Positions 1-9,646 of a stretch of 46,850 nucleotides of DNA are shown piece after piece. The position numbers were made by a program, and so were the translations under genes. The DNA is from Myxococcota bacterium. Lineage in GTDB: Bacteria > Myxococcota_C > UBA6777. The stretch covers positions 1 to 46,850 of the forward strand of contig JAKLKB010000108.1 in NCBI GenBank assembly GCA_023150835.1. Reading direction: 5' to 3'. Below the pieces are notes generated by a model that worked only from the letters and a program-made list of their open reading frames with translations, was not told where the DNA came from and made no database searches. The first letter of the stretch is position 1, and each line of letters starts with the position of its first letter.

Positions 1-67
1 CCTGCCAGCCCGGCCCGAACTATGATCCCCGCTATGGAACGGGTTTGATCTACAAAGAATAGGCGGT

Positions 68-922
68 TTAGCGTGCAGCCGTACAGACTTGGAGAGGGGC
101 GGGGGCTTGGGCGAGTTGGAGTTCTTGGAGGTTGGGGACCAAGACGATCTCGGTGCGTCGGTTGCGTGCGCGATCTTCTTTGCTTTCGTTGGAGGCGGTG
201 GGTTGGTATTGCCCGAAGCCAGCGGCGGATATCAGTTCGGGGGGCATTCCAGCTTTGAGCATGACACGCAAGACGGCGAGTGCGCGTTGAACGGAAAGCG
301 ACCAGTTGACGGCGGGTTTGCCGACGCTGTCGGTGTGTCCGGCGACTTGCCAACGGCGTTGCATACCTTTGAGGATATCGGTCAACTGAGCGATGGCTTC
401 GGAGCCTTCGCCTTTGACGGTGGATTGTCCGCTGGCAAATAGGATGCTTTCTTCGAGTTGAACGATTAACATTCCGTTGACCATGCGCACACGCAACTTT
501 CCTGCATCGGTCATCGCTTTGAAGGAGTTTTTCAGCCGATCAAACAGGGCTTTTCGGCGGTTTGCGATATCTTGCAAGCGTTGGATCTGTTCGAGGGCTT
601 GTTGGAGCTTGCGGGTTTTTTCGTCGCCTTTGTCGGCGAGAGCGCGAACGCGGTCTTCGCATTGTTGGCGGGCGAGTTTGAGTTGGTCGATCCGCGACTG
701 TAGCCGCTCGCTCAGCCTTCGGAGCTTGTTTCGATCGAGGGTCATCGCACGCAGTGCTTGGTTGCGCGCTTTCAACCGCGCAGTCAGATCGCTTTTGTCT
801 TTTTCCAGTCCTGCGATCTGTTGGTCTTTTTCTCCCATCAGCTTGAGGTGCTCACTCTTCCAAATACATCCCCACTGCCCCATCGCCACGACACCGATCA
901 TACACCATCGAATCCATCGCAT
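68..922 (-). CDS. OmpA/MotB-family lipoprotein with N-terminal coiled coil
   Basis: C-terminal OmpA-like motifs ILFASG, GHTD, NWSLSVQRA, AGFGQYQP and RARNRRTEI. Long heptad region. Signal ends in WGC. Start moved from 1006 to ATG 922, behind GGAG. Confidence 0.85.
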   Translation of the reverse strand: MRWIRWCMIGVVAMGQWGCIWKSEHLKLMGEKDQQIAGLEKDKSDLTARLKARNQALRAMTLDRNKLRRLSERLQSRIDQLKLARQQCEDRVRALADKGDEKTRKLQQALEQIQRLQDIANRRKALFDRLKNSFKAMTDAGKLRVRMVNGMLIVQLEESILFASGQSTVKGEGSEAIAQLTDILKGMQRRWQVAGHTDSVGKPAVNWSLSVQRALAVLRVMLKAGMPPELISAAGFGQYQPTASNESKEDRARNRRTEIVLVPNLQELQLAQAPAPLQVCTAAR

Positions 923-1120
923 TCTTCTTCTCCACCGTTGTTTGGGCGCTCTTGCTTCTTGTGATATCGCGTTGTTCGCGCTCGCTTTGCGCCACGTCTT
1001 TCTCAATGATCAACCCAAACATAGACATACGCGCAGAAGGCATACCACGATCCGCGAGCCGATGGGAAGAGGGAAGGGGAAGCTTGGTGGATGGGTGAGG
1101 AAAAGCTGGTGAGATGGATA

Positions 1121-1236
1121 TAGGACTTACGCAGTTGAAAAGGGAAACCGTGAAGAATCAACCCGTTGTAGTGGCGGTTCGCGAACCGCCCGCGCCCGAA
1201 CATGGGCCTTTTTCGTATCGAACTGCGTAAGTCCTA
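1121..1236. mobile_element. MITE-like element, 116 bp
   Basis: Perfect 16-bp terminal inverted repeats TAGGACTTACGCAGTT / AACTGCGTAAGTCCTA, flanked by the 6-bp direct repeat TGGATA (1115-1120 and 1237-1242). No ORF inside. Confidence 0.85.
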
Positions 1237-1247
1237 TGGATAAAAGA

Positions 1248-1362
1248 AGAAAAGCCGATAGGATGGGGATAACGAACGATCTATAGCAGAAAAGCCGATA
1301 GGATGGGGAGAGCGGATGGTTGAGAGCAGAAAAGCCGATAGGATGGGGAGAGCGGATGGTTG
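1248..1362. repeat. Three tandem copies with 40-bp period
   Basis: Core AGAAAAGCCGATAGGATGGGGA at 1248, 1288 and 1328. Copies 2 and 3 are identical over about 38 bp. Confidence 0.9.
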
Positions 1363-1374
1363 TAGACGGAGGGG

Positions 1375-4300
1375 TTAGGGTTGGACGATCGCAAAGCCCG
1401 TACCACCCGAGGATTCGAGGCTTGTTTTGTGGCGGATGTGGAAGGAGAACACGCCGACCTGCCATCCCGTCGTATCGATCGAGATCTTGCAACGTCGAGG
1501 ATCGGTGGTGGAGCTTGTGCCTGTGCAGCTTATGAAGTTGTAGACTTTGGGGGTCGTGATACCCGGGCCTTTGACGATCACTTCGTAGCTTTTCCAGTTT
1601 TGGTTGGTGTATTGTTCGCCAAAAGGCTGATTGTACGAGGTACTCCAAGGCATGACGTTGATTTCGACGTCAAGGGTTTTGCTTGGATAAGACCAGAAGG
1701 GATTCAACGCGACCGAACGAGCGCGCTCTCCGAGATGCAGTCCTGTTTGTAGGTTGAGGTAGACGGTGTTGGTGGAGTCGGTTCCAACGACGGCTTTGAT
1801 CGGGATGCGGCCTGATTTTCCTGCGAGGCTATAAGGAGCGGCGAGGTAGAGATAAGCGCTCGAACTGTAACGTGTGGGAACTTCGACTCCATCGATATGG
1901 ATCTTGGAGGTGGAGGTAAAGCCGCTGCCGTAGACATACCAGTCGCCTGTGGTGCTGATGGCGTTGCCATTGAGTTTTTGGACGCCGTGGCTGACATATT
2001 CGTCGTACGAAGAAGAGATATAGGGGCCAGAGGACGGGAGGACGGTGAATTTGGCGGAGTCCGTTGCGCCGTTGGGGTTTTTGACTTCGAGGGTGTACTC
2101 GGTGGGGACGGAGACGGTGGGGGCGGTGTATCCGCTGCTTGCGGTGCGGATATACGTGGTGGAGAGATAGGGGTTGGCTTGTAAGACCCCGTTGATGCGG
2201 ATCTCCACGCCCGAGGCTGCAAGTCCCGAAGCATAGGCATACAACGTCGTGGCGGCTCCTGTTCGGACGTACCGAGGGCTGAGATAGCGGATATGGGGTT
2301 TGCCTTCGTTGTTTGCGATCTCAAAGACATTGGATTTTGTGCCGTCGGCTTTGGTGATCTGGAGCAGGTAGGGGCCTGTTTTGATGGGGAAGTTGTAAGA
2401 AGCGATGTAGAAGTTGTCTTCGGTGCCTGTGCGGAAAGTAGCGCTGACAGTTTGGCCGTCGATGGAGAGGGTATCTGTGGCCGCGATGCCGAGGCCATAG
2501 ATCGTGAGAGATTGTGCGCCAGAGCCGAGGACATCGGGGCTTGTGTAGGTGATCATAGGGGGGATCTTGGGGATGACGCTAAAGTTGAAGGGGGCGGATT
2601 GTTGGCCGTCTGGGTTGGACAGCACCATCTGGTTGAGTCCGGGGTTGAGTCCCGCAGTATTGACGAGCATGGTGAGTTCGGAGGCGGATTTGTAGAGGGT
2701 GGGGATCACTTGGAGGTTGGAGGTCAGGACATAAGCACCACTTGCGAGGTTGGAGCCTTTGATGGTGACGGTCACTTGGGAGCCTTGGCTGCCGACGTTG
2801 GGGGTGATGGAAGTGACGGTAGGTGGGGGCGGGGTGTTCAGGGTGAAGGAAAAGAGCGGAGAGGCCCACACTTTGCCGTTGATCGTGGTTTTGTATTGGA
2901 TGGTGTGGTTTCCTGCGGTCAGCCCGGCTGTACTAAAGTTATAGAGGTAGCAATAGGTGTTGGTGGGACTGGACATATAACAGGTGGGAGGCTTGGGCGG
3001 ATCGGAGAGGTAGGGTTTTCCATCCACGAGGAATTCGGGGTCGGGAGGAAGGGCGCGATAATACTTTCCATAGACAGTCACAGAAGAGAAGACGCGGTCG
3101 GGATAGATCGTGGTGCTTGGAGACCACGAGAGTCGGTCGATCACGGGATCGGGGAGTTCGTTGAGTTGGAGGACAGCGGGGTTGCTGCGCTCGCCTGTGG
3201 GAAGCTCAAAATAGACCTTGTAGGCTTCGCCGTTCATGCCGGAAGTGTTGAGCGTTCCATAGACATAAGCGTAAGAAGAACCGAGATAAGAACTGGTGAC
3301 GTTGTATTTTTTGTTGGTGCTGTGGGTTCCGTAGTCGTTGCCTTGAGCGTCAAGGATGCGAACGATCGGGAGGGTTTGGCAGCTTGAACCTTGGGCAGTA
3401 CAGAAGCGGCTACCGTAAACGTAAAAGCTGAAGCTACGGCCTACAAACTCCGTTGCGGGGCTGAGGCGATCCATGATGGGGGGCGGCTCGGCTTCTGCAA
3501 AGAGCGGATACTCGTTGCTTTTGTCGGTTCCGTCTTGGACGTAAAGATAGTAAACGCCTGCGGGGATCTTGAAATCGAGACCATCGACCGTCACTTGGGA
3601 GGCGGAGATGTACTTGAGGGCGACTTTTTGGCCGTTGAAGTAGGCTTCGGAGTTTTGGGTGAAGCCGTTGCCTGTGAGGGTGACGCCGTTGTAGACGATA
3701 CCGCGTTTGTAGCTGCTTTGTGAGACGTTGGCGATGCGCAGTTTGGGGTTGGTGGCGAGGATCGAAAACTTGAGTTTGTCGGTTTTTTGGCCATTTTGGT
3801 TATCGACGTAGACATCGACAGTTCCGGGAGTTTTGCCTGTGAGATCGATGCGATCTTTGGTGATGATCTCTTTGTCGCTGCGATGGACGATATCGAGCTT
3901 GGAGGTGCCAAAGTAGATGGCGGAGGTGGGAAGGAAGTTGGAGCCTTGGATGCTGAGGAAAAACTGTTCGCCCACAAGAGCGCTGGTAGGGGTGACTTGG
4001 GCGAGGGTGGGTGCGGGTGGATCGAGGACAACAAACTTCACGGGTGTACTCAAGGCCCCGCAAGGATTGGCGGCTTGAACGTTGTATTCGCCAGCCTTGA
4101 GGCCGGTGAGATCGACTTCGCCCGTGAGGCTGTAGCAAGAAGAAGTGCTACTGCACACGGAAGGAACAGGCTTTCCATTGAAGTAGACGACGGCCCCGAG
4201 TTGAAACGAAGTGCCGGAATAAGAGAGTAGGATATTGACTTTGGTGTCAGCGGGGGCGGCGTTGGGTTGGAGGGTGCTGATGGTTGGTGTGGTGGTGGTG

Positions 4301-6471
4301 GTGCCGGACTGAAGGGAGAAATCGGTGGTTGCAGAAGTTGCGTTTGCGCCGTTTTGAACGGAGACCTTGTAGGTTCCGGCGGTCATGCCTTGTTTGAGAG
4401 TGAGTTTGAGGGTGCGTGCATCCACGAAGGTAAGGGGGTTGCTGCCGAGTCCACCGGCTTGTTGGAAGAGGGTGGTGGTGGTGCCGAGGGCGAAGCGGAC
4501 TTCGGACTTGTTTTGAAGGAAGTTGACACCACGGATCAGGATCTCGGCATCACAAGAATTTCGCCATGTGGACGGAGTGATCGAGGAGATGGAGGGTAGG
4601 CGGTAGGTGATATCGACGGGGATGGGGTTGGAGCGCTTGTTTCCGGGATTGATGACGTAGGCGTTGGCTTTGACTTTGGGGCCCCAAGTGCCTTTGGTGG
4701 TGTCGACGGTGGCCTCGATAAAAGTGCTGCTTTGGAAGCGAACATCGCTGGTGGGTAGCATCTTTCCGTCGACTTCGACTTGTGCGCCTTGTCGGAAAGA
4801 GTCGCCGTAGACGGCGAGTTTGTTGGTGCTGTCGTCAAGGTACACAAAGAAGGGCAAGATGCGGTCGAGTTTGGGGGTGGGGTCGATGCCTTCGACCACA
4901 AAGTCGAGCTTGGCGGAGCTTTGGCCGTCGAGGTTTTGTACCCAGACTTTGTAGGTGCCTGCGGGGATGGAGGTGAGATCGAGTTCAGGTTTGGCTTGGA
5001 TCTCGTCGCGTCGGACGCGATCCGACGGGATGGCTTTGCCGTCGAACATGATCACCGCGCCTTGCGAAAAGCCCGAACCATGAACGCTAAAGGGGATTTT
5101 TTGTTGGGTGATCGCACGAGGGGGGTTCAAGACGACCAACACGGGGGGAGGTAGAGAGTCCGAGACAAGAAATTCGGCGGTGGAAGAGGTGCGCCCGCCG
5201 ACGTTACGGATGCGAAGAGTGTATTTGCCGGGATTGACGCCTGCGAGATCCAGTTTGCAGGTGATCTCTGTCGTAGAAACAAAGGTGGTGGGCATGGGGA
5301 CAGATTCAAACAGGACTTCGCTTTTTTCGACGAAGCCTTTGCCGAGGATGCGTACTTTATCGAGTTTGGCGCCTGTGGGGGCTGCGGGTGGATCGACGCT
5401 GGTGATCTCGGGTGTAGGGAGATCTTTGACGTCAAACTCCAGTTCGTTGGACTCTTTGCGGTTGGGGTTGATGGCTTTGACTTTGTATTTTCCCGGCCCG
5501 CGTGCTGCGAGGCTAAGGGTCCATTCGACCTCTGTAGCCGAGAGGAATCGGACATTTTCGACGGGTTGGATGCGGCCATCGAAGAACATCCGCACTTGAG
5601 CGGAAAAAGCGTTGCCTTTGACTTTTAATTTAACGGTGGTGTCTGCGAATCCTTCGGCAGGATCGAGTGCTGTGAGGGCAGGTTGTAGGTCGAAGTCCGA
5701 AAGAGCGTTGATGTTGACGAGTGCGGGGGGACTGGATTCGAGGCCATCATTGACGATCAACTCAAGCGTGTATTTTCCTGCAACATCGGGCGTGAAGGAG
5801 GGCTTGGCCGTATCGGCGGCTTCGATCTGGGCTTGGCTGCCGTCGGGCTTGGTTTTGAAGGTCCACGCAAAAGTCAGTGGGTCGCCATCTGGATCGGAGG
5901 ACGCGCTGCCGTCAAGCAGGACTTTGACACCCACACCAGAGATCTGATCTTGTCCTGCGTTGGCGATGGGATCGCCGTTTGCGTCTTTGCCAAAGACTTC
6001 GACCGTCACTTGACGTGGCTGACTGGGCTGATCTTTGTCATCTTTGACGATGAGTTGGAGGATGAAGTCGCCCGCTGCATCGGCAACAAAGCTTGGCTTG
6101 GCGGTGTTGGCGGCTTCGAGTTGCGCTTGGCTGCCCTCGGGTTTTTTGGCAAAGGTCCAAGCGAAGGTGACAGGGCCTGCTTCGGGATCGCGTGACTTGC
6201 TGCCGTCGAAGATGACCTTGCTGTTTTGACGAACGCGCTGAAACGCACCCGGATCGGCGATGGGGGGATCGTTATTGATTTGATACTTTCGGCATTTTCC
6301 TGCGGTACACAGATAGCCGGGGCCAAACAGATCGATACAGTCCGATGCTTGGGAACAAGAATCTTCTTTGTTGGTGCCGGGATTACATTGAACAAGAAAA
6401 AAGCTGAAACTTGCCAGCAACCAAAACGCTGGCCAAGGCATCCGCTTTTTGTGGGGGGTGGGGTGGAACAT
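1375..6471 (-). CDS. Giant surface lipoprotein with two PKD-like domains and many IPT/TIG repeats
   Basis: Lipobox-like FFLVQC and a Cys-rich module (CSQASDC...CTAGKC). PKD-like PPIADPG / PIANAG...DGSxSxDPDG. Repeated P-x-I-T-S-I-x-P...I-x-G-x-N/G-F units. ATG 6471 follows GAGGAGG. Confidence 0.85.
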   Translation of the reverse strand: MFHPTPHKKRMPWPAFWLLASFSFFLVQCNPGTNKEDSCSQASDCIDLFGPGYLCTAGKCRKYQINNDPPIADPGAFQRVRQNSKVIFDGSKSRDPEAGPVTFAWTFAKKPEGSQAQLEAANTAKPSFVADAAGDFILQLIVKDDKDQPSQPRQVTVEVFGKDANGDPIANAGQDQISGVGVKVLLDGSASSDPDGDPLTFAWTFKTKPDGSQAQIEAADTAKPSFTPDVAGKYTLELIVNDGLESSPPALVNINALSDFDLQPALTALDPAEGFADTTVKLKVKGNAFSAQVRMFFDGRIQPVENVRFLSATEVEWTLSLAARGPGKYKVKAINPNRKESNELEFDVKDLPTPEITSVDPPAAPTGAKLDKVRILGKGFVEKSEVLFESVPMPTTFVSTTEITCKLDLAGVNPGKYTLRIRNVGGRTSSTAEFLVSDSLPPPVLVVLNPPRAITQQKIPFSVHGSGFSQGAVIMFDGKAIPSDRVRRDEIQAKPELDLTSIPAGTYKVWVQNLDGQSSAKLDFVVEGIDPTPKLDRILPFFVYLDDSTNKLAVYGDSFRQGAQVEVDGKMLPTSDVRFQSSTFIEATVDTTKGTWGPKVKANAYVINPGNKRSNPIPVDITYRLPSISSITPSTWRNSCDAEILIRGVNFLQNKSEVRFALGTTTTLFQQAGGLGSNPLTFVDARTLKLTLKQGMTAGTYKVSVQNGANATSATTDFSLQSGTTTTTPTISTLQPNAAPADTKVNILLSYSGTSFQLGAVVYFNGKPVPSVCSSTSSCYSLTGEVDLTGLKAGEYNVQAANPCGALSTPVKFVVLDPPAPTLAQVTPTSALVGEQFFLSIQGSNFLPTSAIYFGTSKLDIVHRSDKEIITKDRIDLTGKTPGTVDVYVDNQNGQKTDKLKFSILATNPKLRIANVSQSSYKRGIVYNGVTLTGNGFTQNSEAYFNGQKVALKYISASQVTVDGLDFKIPAGVYYLYVQDGTDKSNEYPLFAEAEPPPIMDRLSPATEFVGRSFSFYVYGSRFCTAQGSSCQTLPIVRILDAQGNDYGTHSTNKKYNVTSSYLGSSYAYVYGTLNTSGMNGEAYKVYFELPTGERSNPAVLQLNELPDPVIDRLSWSPSTTIYPDRVFSSVTVYGKYYRALPPDPEFLVDGKPYLSDPPKPPTCYMSSPTNTYCYLYNFSTAGLTAGNHTIQYKTTINGKVWASPLFSFTLNTPPPPTVTSITPNVGSQGSQVTVTIKGSNLASGAYVLTSNLQVIPTLYKSASELTMLVNTAGLNPGLNQMVLSNPDGQQSAPFNFSVIPKIPPMITYTSPDVLGSGAQSLTIYGLGIAATDTLSIDGQTVSATFRTGTEDNFYIASYNFPIKTGPYLLQITKADGTKSNVFEIANNEGKPHIRYLSPRYVRTGAATTLYAYASGLAASGVEIRINGVLQANPYLSTTYIRTASSGYTAPTVSVPTEYTLEVKNPNGATDSAKFTVLPSSGPYISSSYDEYVSHGVQKLNGNAISTTGDWYVYGSGFTSTSKIHIDGVEVPTRYSSSAYLYLAAPYSLAGKSGRIPIKAVVGTDSTNTVYLNLQTGLHLGERARSVALNPFWSYPSKTLDVEINVMPWSTSYNQPFGEQYTNQNWKSYEVIVKGPGITTPKVYNFISCTGTSSTTDPRRCKISIDTTGWQVGVFSFHIRHKTSLESSGGTGFAIVQP

Positions 6472-6815
6472 CAAGTCCTCCTCAGGACAACGAATGAAGG
6501 GAGTCGCCTCAACGGGCGAAACAATACAACTCTTTCGTTTGGATACAATCGCGCCGTCAACGCAGCGCACAAAGAGCAAAAATGACGCACAAGATCGTCT
6601 GTTCTTTTCAAGAAAATCTTGGCAAGATGCCAAGGCGAACCAAGAGCGGGTCACGGACCGTCAAGAACCACAACGAAACAAAAAAAGTCAAGAAGCGAAG
6701 GCTGTTGCCTGTTGTGTGGCCGAGGTGCGTGAGCGATGTGATACGTAGCAACGGCTCTTCCGCGCTAGACCTCGCTGGTGGGCTTGCAATCCCGAGAAGA
6801 GGCCTTGCGGTACAT

Positions 6816-6954
6816 CGCGATGGTCTACCTTTCGTGCTAGACCCCGCGATGGTCTACCTTTCGTGCTGGACCTCGCGATGGTCTACCTTTCGTGCTAGAC
6901 CCCGCGTGCTAGACCCCACACAAGGTCTACCTTTCGCGCTAGACCTTGTGTGGG
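6816..6954. repeat. Tandem 29-bp hairpin repeats ending in a 15-bp perfect stem-loop
   Basis: Three near-identical CGCGATGGTCTACCTTTCGTGCTAGACCC units at 6816-6902, then CCCACACAAGGTCTA-N10-TAGACCTTGTGTGGG at 6915-6954. Confidence 0.9.
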
Positions 6955-7061
6955 TGGCGAGCGTCTCGTTTTTTGATCCGCTGTTCGGAGAGGACTTCGG
7001 CGAAATCTTAGAGAAGTGTGCTTGAAGGGTAGGTGCGATCCGCTGTAGACGCCCTGTGGTT

Positions 7062-7087
7062 GGGCAGCCACAGGGGGCTGCCCTTAC
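7062..7087 (-). repeat. REP-like palindrome of the GTAG family (this copy starts GTAA)
   Basis: GGGCAGCCACAGGGGGCTGCCCTTAC, nearly identical to the copies at 13528-13633. Confidence 0.75.
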
Positions 7088-7130
7088 ATATCGGCGCACA
7101 CGATGGGCGGATTTCGTACGATACTATTGC

Positions 7131-7279
7131 CAAAAAAACTGTGTTCGCTCAAGCGAAAGAGCCGAGTAGTTCACCAACCTGTGATCTCTTCGCTTCCGCG
7201 GGGTCAAGGGAGCCGCGCTAAGGGCGCGGGGCGTGGTGCGTGGGTGGAACCCCACAAAACCATCCATGCGTAAGTCCTA
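7131..7279 (-). mobile_element. MITE-family element, long form with one TIR
   Basis: On the minus strand it starts TAGGACTTACGCA, the same TIR as at 1121. It shares a 24-bp exact match (CCTTAGCGCGGCTCCCTTGACCCC) with 38461-38484 and extended similarity with 32711-32865. The TIR overlaps the nadD TAG stop. Confidence 0.7.
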
Positions 7280-7897
7280 CAGTGATGAGGAATCGGAGGA
7301 CGCAGAAGAAGGGTTGTGATAGAGGCGGTGTGTTTGGATGTAGGCGAGTACAGGTCCGGGGAGATATTCGGTGACGTCATCGCCCGAAGCAAGGCGCTTT
7401 CGGATGTGTGTGGAGGAGAGCGGCGGGAGCTGGATCTCACCTTGTTCGACGCCTGTGACGCCGACGCGTCCGATCACAAGCAAGGGGGCGATCGCGATAA
7501 CGCGATCAAACTCACGCCAAGCGTGCGTTTCGTGAAGGATATCGGCCCCCACAAGCAAGCGGAATCGGTGGTTGGGGTGTTGGTCTTGAAGGTGTTGGAG
7601 CGTGTGGAGGGTGTAATTGGGTGGAGGCAGACGGGACTCGATATCAGAAACTTTGATGCGGCGAGAAAGTGCGGAGGCTCCGCGCTTGCACATCTGGATC
7701 CGATCGAGGAAAGGGGCCAACGATTTTCCAAAAGCATGCTCGGCGCAAGGGACCATCCACACTTCGTTCACTTCACCGCTGCATAACGCCCATGCTGCTG
7801 CAAAAAAGTGACTGTAGTGGGGAGGGTTAAAGCTGCCTCCGTAAAAGGCGATCCGCTTGGTTTTTGGTGGGCGGGCTGGGGTGGCTTGTGAGGGCAT
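7277..7897 (-). CDS. nadD: Nicotinate-nucleotide adenylyltransferase
   Basis: GGSFNPPHYSH (HxGH-type motif), YTLHTL, LVGAD, W and LSSTHIR motifs, ending YIQTHRLY. Start is ATG 7897 or TTG 7906. Confidence 0.9.
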   Translation of the reverse strand: MPSQATPARPPKTKRIAFYGGSFNPPHYSHFFAAAWALCSGEVNEVWMVPCAEHAFGKSLAPFLDRIQMCKRGASALSRRIKVSDIESRLPPPNYTLHTLQHLQDQHPNHRFRLLVGADILHETHAWREFDRVIAIAPLLVIGRVGVTGVEQGEIQLPPLSSTHIRKRLASGDDVTEYLPGPVLAYIQTHRLYHNPSSASSDSSSL

Positions 7898-8077
7898 GTT
7901 GGGCAAAACCTTTCGTAGAAAAATTGCCCCATGAGGGAGGGGCTGCTAGGTTCGCGTGGTGCGGCGGTTTTGTGCGAGGGGTTCTTTTCTTGTAAGAGGG
8001 CCGAAGCGTCGGCCTTTTTGGGGGCGATATCCTCGCATACGACTGTTCGGACAAATCAGACGAGGAGGATCGGTCGG

Positions 8078-9490
8078 ATGCAAACAAGCTCACAGCCCCT
8101 ACCCAACCCCAAACGGAACGCAAAAGAATTCCAAAAGCCCCGTAGCGGTGACGTGATCGATCAACGCTTTCAGATTGTTGGCCGACCCTTGGGCAAAGGC
8201 GGGATGGGGACGGTGTATCGTGTTGTGGACGCTCACGGCGCGGAGTACGCGATCAAGCGCCTCGATCCTGCGCTGCGCGAAGAAAAGCGATTTGAGAAGC
8301 GTTTTCGTTTGGAGTACGAAGCCGCAGCCGACCTAAAACATCCGAATATCACGGCCTATTTAGAGCTTTTTGAAGCGCATGGCGCACTGCATATTTTGAT
8401 GGAGTTGGTGGAAGGCGTCAATCTGCGGGAGTTGATGAAAGATCAAAAAGTGTTTTCTGTTGAGGTTGCGACGGGGATCGGGCGAGCTTTGGCTCGTGCG
8501 TTGGAACATCTCCACGCGCATCGCGTGGTTCATCGCGATCTCAAACCAGAGAACGTCTTGCTCGGTCTAGACGGCACGATCAAACTCACCGACTTTGGGA
8601 TCAGCCGCGTTGAATTTGCGGGATTGACACGGACAGGAACGTTGCTTGGAACACCGCGTTATATGTCTCCTGAGCAACTGGCCGGCAAAAAAGGCGAAGA
8701 GATCGGCCCTGAAAGCGATATCTATTCTTTGGGGATCTTGTTGTATGAGCTGCTGACAGGGAAAGATCCCTATCGCCTTCGCAAAAAAGCCGAGATATTG
8801 GAAGTGATCAACATCCGCCACAACTTCGCGCCCAAACCTTTGCCCGAAGAATTGGACCCCGAGTTGCGCAAGCTGATCTTGATGATGCTTGAACGCGATC
8901 CGCAAAAACGCCCTTCTGATGCCCGTTGGATCGGCCAAGAACTTGGACGGTGGGCCAGCGATCGCAAAGATCTCAAACATGCCCTATGCCAAGAGCTTTC
9001 GCGATTTGGAAGCGTGAAAAGCCCCGCACGTCCGATGCTTTCGCCCAAACGAAAAGAAGACCCGCTGTTTCGCTGCGAAGAACCCACCGAAGCCTATCCC
9101 GAAGAAACAGCCCTCGAAGAACCCACACAAGGGCGAGAGCTATTGCCTGCTTTTTTGTTGACGCTGTCGTTTCTGTTGATCTTGTGGGGGGTTGGACTCT
9201 GGTCTGAACGCCCCCGTGTATCGGCATCTTCCGCGTCATTGGTGGGAGCTTCTACAGAAACAACGATTTCTCCCCCCCAAAAAACCGCTGCCCCGATCCC
9301 GACACCGCAAGGAAGCCCCGCACAACGCTCGGCGGCAGCACCTCCCTCGATAGGGGCCACCAAGAAACCTGCTTCTCCACCCCAAAATCGAAGATCCCAA
9401 CAACGGCGGACTCGGAGACATCGACGTCTTCGTCGTTCTCGCCAGCCTCAACGACAAGTCAAGCGGCGCAAACCAAGACGCAGCCCTTGA
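8078..9490 (+). CDS. Membrane-anchored Hanks-type Ser/Thr protein kinase
   Basis: GKGGMG, AIK, HRDLKPEN, DFG and GTPRYMSPE motifs. One TM helix (LLPAFLLTLSFLLILWGVGLW). Pro/Arg-rich tail. Confidence 0.93.
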   Translation: MQTSSQPLPNPKRNAKEFQKPRSGDVIDQRFQIVGRPLGKGGMGTVYRVVDAHGAEYAIKRLDPALREEKRFEKRFRLEYEAAADLKHPNITAYLELFEAHGALHILMELVEGVNLRELMKDQKVFSVEVATGIGRALARALEHLHAHRVVHRDLKPENVLLGLDGTIKLTDFGISRVEFAGLTRTGTLLGTPRYMSPEQLAGKKGEEIGPESDIYSLGILLYELLTGKDPYRLRKKAEILEVINIRHNFAPKPLPEELDPELRKLILMMLERDPQKRPSDARWIGQELGRWASDRKDLKHALCQELSRFGSVKSPARPMLSPKRKEDPLFRCEEPTEAYPEETALEEPTQGRELLPAFLLTLSFLLILWGVGLWSERPRVSASSASLVGASTETTISPPQKTAAPIPTPQGSPAQRSAAAPPSIGATKKPASPPQNRRSQQRRTRRHRRLRRSRQPQRQVKRRKPRRSP

Positions 9491-9646
9491 ACGTGGGGCT
9501 TGTCCTAGAGCAAACAACATGGCATAGACTGTTATTTGATTGAGACCACGACACGCGACAAAGAGGAAGAGCGCTTTTTGAGCTTCCATTTCCGCCGCGT
9601 ACAAACAAGACGTAGGTACCCGCCTCAGCAGCACGGAGAGTTACGG

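Noticed and set aside
1-62. 12-bp match (CCTGCCAGCCCG) to the attC1 arm
   Set aside because: No R' box follows. It is more likely the 3' end of an upstream CDS (frame 3 ends TAG at 60-62), which is too short to call.
6816-6954. Possible CRISPR array of 29-bp palindromic repeats
   Set aside because: The units are head-to-tail with no spacers.
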